Of a stretch of 64,000 nucleotides of DNA, positions 54,722-62,152 are shown in pieces; the stretch's first letter is position 1; the number at the start of each line of letters is the position of its first letter. Made by a program: the position numbers and the translations under genes. The stretch comes from a virus, in IMG/VR virus record IMGVR_UViG_3300048926_000477; one strand, given 5' to 3'. A model generated the notes under the pieces. That model searched no databases. It was not told the origin of the DNA and saw only the letters and a list, made by a program, of their open reading frames with translations.

Positions 54722-54750
54722 CCCCTCCGGGATTCACACCCCCGGAGGGG
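54722..54750 (+). terminator. intrinsic terminator hairpin cccctccggg-N9-cccggagggg
   Basis: Perfect 10-bp stem then a T-rich tgtcgttgtt; lies between the DGQHR gene and TerS. Confidence 0.6.
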
Positions 54751-54779
54751 TGTCGTTGTTCGACCTAGACTCCGCCGCC

Positions 54780-55292
54780 ATGTACGGGGAGATCAAGCTC
54801 GGCAAGAACAGGTCGATCGACGACGCGCTGCTCGAGGCCGCCGTCATGGACCTGTCCGCCGAGGAGACCTCCGCTCGGCTCAACGGCGTGCTCTCCCCCG
54901 CGCGCGTGATGGTCCGATGGAAGGAGCTCCTGCGCTCGAACACCTGGCTCGAGGCAGCAGAGCGTGAGCAGGCCCTCCTTCGCGTCCTCCAGAAGAACCT
55001 CGTCGATCTCCAGAACGCCGAGCTCATGGGGGCGGAGGGCTTCAAGATCCAGCTGAGCTACATCCGCCAGCTCTTCGAGCGCCTCGACAAGCGCCAGGCC
55101 GCCACCGAGGAGCAGCTGAACACCTACAACGAGAACGTCGGCCGCCAGCTCGGACGCGTCGTCGACATGACGCTCAAGTACATGCAGGGCGCCCTCCGCG
55201 AAGTCATCGAACCTGCCAAGTGGGACGAGCTCGTGCAAGAAGCGCTCGTCATGGCCCAGGTCGAGATCGCGAAGAAGCAGGTCGAGGCCTGA
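54780..55292 (+). CDS. terminase small subunit (positional call)
   Basis: ATG 54780 immediately follows CTAGACTCCGCCGCC; 170 aa, helical and charged; lies directly upstream of TerL. Confidence 0.45.
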   Translation: MYGEIKLGKNRSIDDALLEAAVMDLSAEETSARLNGVLSPARVMVRWKELLRSNTWLEAAEREQALLRVLQKNLVDLQNAELMGAEGFKIQLSYIRQLFERLDKRQAATEEQLNTYNENVGRQLGRVVDMTLKYMQGALREVIEPAKWDELVQEALVMAQVEIAKKQVEA

Positions 55293-55293
55293 C

Positions 55294-56991
55294 GTGATGC
55301 TCGACTCCCGCATTTTCGATGCCGCGATGGACGAGCTCGCGCAGAAGTCCAAGAAGGCGCTGTACCAGCGCGACTTCGAGGCCTGGCTCGCCGACGTGCT
55401 GCACGAGCGCATGTACCGGAAGATGGCCGAGGTCAGCCATGACGTGCTTTTCGGTAAGCACCCGCGCACCCTCGTCAAGTCGGCCAACGGTACCGGCAAG
55501 ACTCACTCGGCCGCTCGCTGGGTCATGTGGTGGGTGACCGCCTTCCCGAAGGAGGAGTCGCTCGCGATCCTCACAGCCCCGACTCTAAAGCAGGTGCGTC
55601 TCGGCGTGCTCGCATACCTCAAGGAGTCGTACGGCTACGTCAAGACTCACGCCCAGTCGCAGGGCAAGCAGATGCCCTGGCCAGGCTGGATCAGTGAGCA
55701 GGACGAGTGGCGCTACTCGACCCTCGGAGGTAACCAGACACTCGCCGTCGCGCGCGTGCCCGGCGCATCCGACGCGATCTCGACCTTCCAGGGTCTCCGC
55801 AAGACCGGTGGTCGCAACTTCATCTCGCTCGATGAGGCCGGCGGTGTCTCGCGTGACATCTTCACCGCGATCGACGCGCTCATGACCTCGGGCGACGCAC
55901 GCATGGGCGGGATCGGGAACCCCGACCGCCGCGGCACCGCGTTTTACGACGCCTTCACCGATCCGCGTCTGGCGCGCGAGTATCAGCTGCACACGATCTC
56001 CGCCTACGACACCCCGAACCTCACCGGCGAGGTCGTCTACAAGGACGACCCCGAGAAGGAGCGGATGCTCCGAAACGGTCTCATCTCCGCGCGCTGGGTG
56101 TTCGAGCGCGAGCGCATGTGGAAGACCGGCGGCGAGGTCGTCTACGACGAGGCGGTCGAAGCAGAGCGCAACCTCACCGGGCGCCCCGACGGCCGCTTCA
56201 AGGCCAAGGTCGGCGGGCAGTTCCCCGACGAGGACGACCACACATTCTTCCCCGAGGAGCCGATCACGGCCGCCCGTCACCGCGAGCTCACCGACGAGCA
56301 GATTGCGACCTCGCCGATCGTCCTCGGGGTCGACCTCGCAACCATGGGTACTGACGAGACCGTCGTGATGATGAACAAGGGCGGCCGATGCCGCGTGTTC
56401 GACGGCCGCGTGAAGTACGACGACGGCGGCGAGATCCGCGAGACCAGCGGAACCTGGGCCAAGGAGGACGAGCTCTCCAACGCCCGCCGCGTGCACGCCG
56501 TGGCCACCTACCTCGGCGCGACAGAGGTGCGCCTGGACGCCGGCGGCATCGGCGCCGGCATCGCGACGAACCTCATGCGACTCGACGAGTTCGCCGGCAA
56601 GCAGTACATGGTCATCCGCGTCGACGGCTCCAAGGCGTCAGCCGACAGCGCGCGCTGGGCGAACGCGCGCTCCCAGAACCACGACCAGCTCCGCGAGCTC
56701 CTCGCCGAGGGCGTCCTCGACATCGACTACGACGACGACGTGCTGAAGGAGCAGCTGCTCGCCGTCACCTACGACCTGAACAAGCGCGGCGCCGTGCAGA
56801 TCACCCCGAAGAAGGACATGCGCACCGAGATGCACGGCTCGCCTGACCGTCTCGACGCCCTCATCTACGCCGTCATCAACACCGACGCGCTCTCCGACCC
56901 ATTGAACCAGCTCGAGCGCGGCGATCGCGTGTTCGTCGATCCGTGGGAGCTACTGGCGATGTCTCGCGCGGGCGCCGGCATGCCTTTGTGA
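55294..56991 (+). CDS. terminase large subunit
   Basis: 565 aa; ATPase motif VKSANGTGKTHSAARW; Walker B-type FISLDEAGG; C-terminal nuclease-like acidic residues. Confidence 0.8.
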   Translation: MMLDSRIFDAAMDELAQKSKKALYQRDFEAWLADVLHERMYRKMAEVSHDVLFGKHPRTLVKSANGTGKTHSAARWVMWWVTAFPKEESLAILTAPTLKQVRLGVLAYLKESYGYVKTHAQSQGKQMPWPGWISEQDEWRYSTLGGNQTLAVARVPGASDAISTFQGLRKTGGRNFISLDEAGGVSRDIFTAIDALMTSGDARMGGIGNPDRRGTAFYDAFTDPRLAREYQLHTISAYDTPNLTGEVVYKDDPEKERMLRNGLISARWVFERERMWKTGGEVVYDEAVEAERNLTGRPDGRFKAKVGGQFPDEDDHTFFPEEPITAARHRELTDEQIATSPIVLGVDLATMGTDETVVMMNKGGRCRVFDGRVKYDDGGEIRETSGTWAKEDELSNARRVHAVATYLGATEVRLDAGGIGAGIATNLMRLDEFAGKQYMVIRVDGSKASADSARWANARSQNHDQLRELLAEGVLDIDYDDDVLKEQLLAVTYDLNKRGAVQITPKKDMRTEMHGSPDRLDALIYAVINTDALSDPLNQLERGDRVFVDPWELLAMSRAGAGMPL

Positions 56992-57039
56992 GTGGTTAGC
57001 CCCCGGTTTACCCCCGTTTCAACCCTAGACTCCGCCGCC

Positions 57040-58617
57040 ATGACCAGTTCCGGCTCCATCCTGCTCGAGAGCATGTACAACTCCGCGGCTCTCGCGTTCG
57101 AGCAGGCTGACGCCAGTCAGAAGCCCGCGATCCTCGAGATGATGGACGGGCTGCGCATGATGCTGCAGCGCGAAGACCAGGGTTGGACGCCGTTCTACGG
57201 CGGCACCGACGAAGGATTCCAGCTCGCCATCACCCTGGACCAGCTGAAGGGCTGGGAGAAGGACCTCTCGGAGCTCGCACTCGGCGCCGCGTGGATGCGC
57301 CGCGGCCTCATGCTGCACTGCGGCTACATCTGGAACGGCGGCATCCGCTACTCCCCTCTCAGCGAGGGCGGCTCCCAGGGCATCAAGAACGTCAAGAAGT
57401 TCTTCGACGACGCAGAGAACCAGCAGAACTTCTTCGGCCCCGACGCGCGCCGCCGGCGCCAGTCGCGCCTGTACTACTCCGGCATCGTCCTCTACCTCGG
57501 CAACGAGAAGACGAAGAAGCTCACGCCGATCCCCCTCCACCAGATCACCGACCAGATCCTCGCGCCCGACGGCACTGGCGAGATCTGGGCCTACAAGCGC
57601 GAGTGGTCCGAGCGCAATCTCAAGACCGCGAAGGTGATCGAGAAGAAGGAGTGGATCTTCACGCACCGGGCGATCGGGCACCGCGTGGACAAGATCAAGG
57701 AGGCCGGCGCTGAAGAGACATGGACGCCGGTGTCGCAGACCGAGCGCATCTTCGACATGCACGCCAACCGCCTCGAGGGCATGGCCTACGGCGTCCCCGA
57801 CGCCCTCGCTGCGGCGTCCTGGCACAAGATCGCCAAGAACGCGTTCCTCGACGGCATCACCATGACCCAGGCCCTCGCCTCCTTCGCCTTCCAGGTGACC
57901 AACCGCAGCGCAAAGGGCGGCGAGAACGCGGCGCTCCAGTTCGCGACACCCCAGGGCGCCGGGCAGACGATCGTCGGCGCCAGCGAGCTCCGCTCCGTGA
58001 ACTCCGCCGGCAGCAGCTACGACTTCCAGGGCCTCACGCCCGTCCTGGCGATCATGGCGACATCCCTCGACGTGTCGGTGATCCACCTCTCCGCCTCCCC
58101 CGGCGACGCCGGCTCCAGCTACTCCGCCGCCGAGACCATGGACCTGCCCACGCGGCTCGCCATGGGCACGCGCCGGGACATGCACATCGAGTTCGACCGC
58201 CAGGTGCTCGAGTGGATGGGCCAGAAGGATCCTGAGGTGTTCTTCGCGCCGTTCGAGAGCGGCACCGAGACCTACCGCAACATCCAGGCCCTCATCCTCG
58301 CCGCGCAGGCCGGCGCCTACTCGATCGAGCAGCTGCGCGTCATGATCGACGACCTCCTCGCGCTGCCCAACGGCAAGCCGCCCACGGGCGCACTCGAGTT
58401 CAACAACCAGAAGACCCTGGAGATCCAAGCGCGCATCGCGGCGAAGAACGCGCCGAAGCCTGCCGCCAGCGACGACTCCGACGGCGACAAGTCCTCCGTC
58501 GCCTCCCCGGCACAGGGTCGCGGCAACGGCAGTGGCGGGCAGGACGGCGGCAACGCGTCGAACGACCTGCGTGACAAGGCGGAGCAATTTCTGGTCTCCG
58601 GCGACCTTCGGCCCTAA
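57040..58617 (+). CDS. portal protein
   Basis: ATG 57040 immediately follows CTAGACTCCGCCGCC; 525 aa; position after TerL; acidic C-terminus. Confidence 0.65.
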   Translation: MTSSGSILLESMYNSAALAFEQADASQKPAILEMMDGLRMMLQREDQGWTPFYGGTDEGFQLAITLDQLKGWEKDLSELALGAAWMRRGLMLHCGYIWNGGIRYSPLSEGGSQGIKNVKKFFDDAENQQNFFGPDARRRRQSRLYYSGIVLYLGNEKTKKLTPIPLHQITDQILAPDGTGEIWAYKREWSERNLKTAKVIEKKEWIFTHRAIGHRVDKIKEAGAEETWTPVSQTERIFDMHANRLEGMAYGVPDALAAASWHKIAKNAFLDGITMTQALASFAFQVTNRSAKGGENAALQFATPQGAGQTIVGASELRSVNSAGSSYDFQGLTPVLAIMATSLDVSVIHLSASPGDAGSSYSAAETMDLPTRLAMGTRRDMHIEFDRQVLEWMGQKDPEVFFAPFESGTETYRNIQALILAAQAGAYSIEQLRVMIDDLLALPNGKPPTGALEFNNQKTLEIQARIAAKNAPKPAASDDSDGDKSSVASPAQGRGNGSGGQDGGNASNDLRDKAEQFLVSGDLRP

Positions 58618-58659
58618 ACCCCCCAAGGTCCGAAAATCTCGCCCCTAGACTCCGGCGCC

Positions 58660-59784
58660 ATGCCAACGGACAACTCCACCGCCGGGACCCAGCTGCGCGT
58701 TCGCGAAGCCGGGTACCGCCAGGGCACCCGCGCGGTCGTCCCCGAGGGCAACGGCCAGAAGATCAAGGTGCGCCTCATGGGCTGGGAGCCCGGCACCACG
58801 GTCGTCGAGGGCTCGAGTGCCGACTATCCGGTGGACCGCATCGTCCGCGACTTCCCCGAGTCGTTCCCCGTCGGCACGCGCATGCGCGCCAACCACGACG
58901 GCTTCTGCGAGGCCGGCGGCGACATCCGCCGCGTCATGGCCAAGACCACCTCCGATCCGTGGGAGGAGGAGGACGGGATGTACGCCTGGGCGGTCGCCCG
59001 CGAAGGCGACGCCAGCGAGTTCCTCCGCCAGTTCGCCGATGTCATCGGCACCTCCGTCTCCGTGGCCGCAGAGGTCGAGATGGAAGCAGCCGTCGACAGC
59101 AACGGCAAGCCGATCATCGACGAGAACAACCAGCCCGTCATGAAGCCGCGTCTCAGCGAGCGCGGCGCCCAGATCGTCGAGCGATTCCTCCCCATGAGCG
59201 AGTCGCCGTACAACGCCGTCGACTTCGTCGAGGCACCCGGCGCCGACGGCGCCATCGTCGCTCTCGCCACCGAGAGCGCCAAGGAGCTGGTCGAGAAGAC
59301 CATGCTCCGCGAGGCATCGAGCTTCGCAATCGATCTCGCCGGCAAGCGCGAGAAGACTTCCGCGGCAAACCGGCCCGGAACCACCCAACAGGAGGACCAC
59401 ATGGATCCGAAGGTGATCGAGGCAGCCGTTCGCAGCGTGCTCGCCGAGGCACTCGCGCCCATCAACACCTTCCTCGCGGACGAGGGCGCCCGTCGCCAGG
59501 CCGAGGCGGAAGCCCAGGCCGGTGCGGACGGAGTGAAGGAGGCCCGCGAGGCCGCCGTCACCGCAGTCGAGGCCGTCAAGGCCGCGAAGCTCCCCGAGTC
59601 CGTCGAGGTCGACCTGCTCGCGCAGCTCAAGGAGGGCGCGGACATCAGTAAGGACCTCGCCTTCGCGCAGAAGGTCCTGGAGGCCAAGACCTCCACGAGC
59701 GAGTCGACCGACTCGTTCATCACCCACGAGTCGGCCGCCGGCGACGGCGAGTCCTTCTCCCTCGGTCTCGGAGGTAGCCGCTAA
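58660..59784 (+). CDS. capsid maturation protease / scaffolding-like protein (helical Ala/Glu-rich C-terminal half)
   Basis: ATG 58660 immediately follows CTAGACTCCGGCGCC; C-terminal EAEAQAGADGVKEAREAAVTAVEAVKAAK is coiled-coil; lies between portal and capsid genes. Confidence 0.45.
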   Translation: MPTDNSTAGTQLRVREAGYRQGTRAVVPEGNGQKIKVRLMGWEPGTTVVEGSSADYPVDRIVRDFPESFPVGTRMRANHDGFCEAGGDIRRVMAKTTSDPWEEEDGMYAWAVAREGDASEFLRQFADVIGTSVSVAAEVEMEAAVDSNGKPIIDENNQPVMKPRLSERGAQIVERFLPMSESPYNAVDFVEAPGADGAIVALATESAKELVEKTMLREASSFAIDLAGKREKTSAANRPGTTQQEDHMDPKVIEAAVRSVLAEALAPINTFLADEGARRQAEAEAQAGADGVKEAREAAVTAVEAVKAAKLPESVEVDLLAQLKEGADISKDLAFAQKVLEAKTSTSESTDSFITHESAAGDGESFSLGLGGSR

Positions 59785-60245
59785 TGGCTCACGTCGCCAC
59801 CCAGGAGGTCTTCGCGCACCGCAAGGCCACCATCGTCAAGGCCCCCGCCGCCACGCCGGCGCGGACCCTGCTGCTCGATGCCGGCAAGCCGGTCGTCACG
59901 CTGACCGACACCAAGGGTGTCGCGCGGCCCGACAAGAACATCAAGGTCGGCAACCTCACCGTGAGCGGCTTCGTCGCCCCGGGTGTTGGCAACGAGGAGG
60001 CGGAGGCCGTCATCGGCGAGTTCGCCGTCGGCGCCGCACTCGACGGGACCTGGGAGTTCGAGGACATCGTCTCCTCCGGCACGACCGCCGTCCCGACGAC
60101 CACGCCGCAGCGCACGCCGGTCTTCCTGACCAGCGCCGGCGCCCTGACGCTCGCCGCGTCGGGCAACACCCGAGTCGGCGTCGTCGACTACCCCGCCAGC
60201 TACGTCAAGGTCGCGGGCACCCTGCCTGTCGCGATCGGAGAGTAA
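59784..60245 (+). CDS. head protein (decoration / scaffold-associated), unknown
   Basis: 153 aa, beta-rich; ATGA overlap with the upstream gene. Confidence 0.35.
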   Translation: MAHVATQEVFAHRKATIVKAPAATPARTLLLDAGKPVVTLTDTKGVARPDKNIKVGNLTVSGFVAPGVGNEEAEAVIGEFAVGAALDGTWEFEDIVSSGTTAVPTTTPQRTPVFLTSAGALTLAASGNTRVGVVDYPASYVKVAGTLPVAIGE

Positions 60246-60248
60246 GAG

Positions 60249-61403
60249 ATGCAGATCAAGGAAGAGTTCACGCTCGACAACCGCCTGTCGCCGGCGAAGT
60301 TCGGCGTCACCAAGGAGAAGGCGCGTTACGTCAAGAGCCTCTACGAGAAGGCTCGCAACGGCTCCCGCGCCGCCGAGGGCCAGCTGGTGGAGCTCTTCAC
60401 GTCCTCGGACGCGGCGCACACCATCGCGCACCTCATCAACATCGACACCATCCCGCAGCTTCCCGAGGAGCTGAAGGACCTGGAGACCTTCGCGCCCGTG
60501 CGCAAGACGAAGGACTTCAATCCGGTCTACCTGCTGTCGCTCATCGGCGCGGCGGGTGTCGAGGGTGCCGGTGTCGACAAGAACGGCGCCGCCTCGATCG
60601 TGCCCGAGGGTACTCGCTACCCGTACGTCACGGTCAAGAGCGACCAGGAAGCCTTCTACTCGAAGCTCGCCAAGCGCGGTGTCGCCTTCGGGTGGACCTT
60701 CGAGGCGTGGATCAACGACCTGGTCGGCCAGATCGAGGCCATGCCGCAGGAGCTCCTGGCCCTGACCAAGGCCACCGCGTACGCGGAGGTCTGGGAGGCA
60801 CTGCTCAACGCGAACGTCGAGCTGAAGTCGGTCACCCTGCCCGACGGCACCACGACCACGCCGAACGCGCCGGTCTCGGCCAATGCGCTCATCGCGGCAT
60901 CCGTGGAGCTGAGCCTCCGCGAGATCAACGGTCGCAAGATCGGCGACAAGAACGACTTCATCGTGCACGTCCCGACGGGCCGGAAGAAGTTCCTCGAGTA
61001 CGACATCGCCCAGTTCGGCCGGATCAAGGAGATCCACGAGCAGGACGGATCGGTCACGAAGGTCCTGGCGCCGGACACGGCGATCCAGTCGCTCTTCCCG
61101 AAGATCGAGATCAAGGAGACCGACTTCCTGACCGGCACGCAGTGGAAGCTGCAGCCGCGTCCGGGAACGACCAACGGTCGCCCCGTCCTCGAGCGCCTGT
61201 CGCTCCGTGGCTACGAGAACCCCGAGCTGCGCTACCGCAACGACCAGGGCGTGGCTCTGGGCGGCGGCCAGATCGGCCCGTTCCAGGGCGGCTTCGACAC
61301 CGACACCGCCGAGATGCGCTACCGGTACATCACCGGCGGCGTGCTCTGGGACCCGACCTGGATCGTCTCGTCCAAGGGCGACGGCTCGGCCGCAGCTGGC
61401 TGA
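60249..61403 (+). CDS. major capsid protein
   Basis: 384 aa; position; followed by a hairpin terminator. Confidence 0.6.
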   Translation: MQIKEEFTLDNRLSPAKFGVTKEKARYVKSLYEKARNGSRAAEGQLVELFTSSDAAHTIAHLINIDTIPQLPEELKDLETFAPVRKTKDFNPVYLLSLIGAAGVEGAGVDKNGAASIVPEGTRYPYVTVKSDQEAFYSKLAKRGVAFGWTFEAWINDLVGQIEAMPQELLALTKATAYAEVWEALLNANVELKSVTLPDGTTTTPNAPVSANALIAASVELSLREINGRKIGDKNDFIVHVPTGRKKFLEYDIAQFGRIKEIHEQDGSVTKVLAPDTAIQSLFPKIEIKETDFLTGTQWKLQPRPGTTNGRPVLERLSLRGYENPELRYRNDQGVALGGGQIGPFQGGFDTDTAEMRYRYITGGVLWDPTWIVSSKGDGSAAAG

Positions 61404-61416
61404 TAGCTAGCTAATC

Positions 61417-61443
61417 GGGGTGGGGCTCACAAGGCCCCACCCC
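61417..61443 (+). terminator. hairpin ggggtggggc-tcacaag-gccccacccc after the major capsid gene
   Basis: Perfect 10-bp stem seen in the sequence. Confidence 0.5.
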
Positions 61444-61462
61444 CTCAGCACAAGGAGACCCC

Positions 61463-61630
61463 ATGGCTGCACCTCGCCCCCGCCCCATCAAGCTCACCTC
61501 GACTGCCACGAACCCCGCCGCCCCCAAGCTGCCGGAGCCGTTCGTGGTCGTGATCCCGGGCTACGACGCGACGAAGACCCAGACGCTCAAGCACGTCAAC
61601 GGCGTGCTGACCTGGGTCACCGACGCCTGA
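61463..61630 (+). CDS. small head-completion-region protein (55 aa)
   Basis: SD caaggag; MAAPRPRPIKLTSTATNPAAPKLPEPFVVVIPGYDATKTQTLKHVNGVLTWVTDA; not in the ORF track. Confidence 0.35.
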   Translation: MAAPRPRPIKLTSTATNPAAPKLPEPFVVVIPGYDATKTQTLKHVNGVLTWVTDA

Positions 61631-61650
61631 CCTTCAGCACGACTGAAACA

Positions 61651-61692
61651 CCGGCCCCCTCGCGCACCTGACCCCTCGCCCGAGGGGGCCGG
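61651..61692 (+). terminator. 12-bp inverted repeat ccggccccctcg / cgagggggccgg (hairpin, 18-nt loop)
   Basis: Seen in the sequence between the small ORF and the adaptor gene. Confidence 0.35.
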
Positions 61693-61710
61693 CCAGTACA
61701 AGGAGACGAC

Positions 61711-62151
61711 ATGCCCCGCGGCGCAGCCCCCATCGACCCGATGTCCCCCATCGGGCAGTTGCGCGTCCTCGTCGGCGACACCGCCAGCGCCGCGCTCCAG
61801 CCCCCAATGCCGGGCGAGGTGGACTACGCCGTCTTCGGCGACGACACGCTCGCCACAGCCCTCGAGACGGCCGCAGGGAACGTCTACCGCGCCGCCGGCA
61901 ATCTCTACTCCGCCCTCGCTGTCGAGTACATCCAGCAGGGCAAGAGCATCCGCACCGACGACCTCTCCATCGACACACGCACGCGAGGCGCCGACCTCGC
62001 AAAGGTCGCAGCCTCCTTCTGGGAGCAGGCCGATGCGCACGATGCGGCCGCCGGCGCCGACGGCTTCATGATCATCCCCTTCGCTGGCCGCGCGCCGCGT
62101 CATGGGTACATCCGCCCCGAGGCCACGCCTCACTACTCCCTGGGAGCCTGA
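61711..62151 (+). CDS. head-tail adaptor / connector-like protein
   Basis: 146 aa; SD caaggag; positional call. Confidence 0.4.
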   Translation: MPRGAAPIDPMSPIGQLRVLVGDTASAALQPPMPGEVDYAVFGDDTLATALETAAGNVYRAAGNLYSALAVEYIQQGKSIRTDDLSIDTRTRGADLAKVAASFWEQADAHDAAAGADGFMIIPFAGRAPRHGYIRPEATPHYSLGA

Positions 62152-62152
62152 G

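Noticed and set aside
56992-57039. ORF-track start of the portal gene at 56992 (MVSPRFTPVSTLDSAA)
   Set aside because: It overlaps the TerL stop region and the conserved start-associated motif; ATG 57040 immediately follows the motif, as at TerS and the protease gene.
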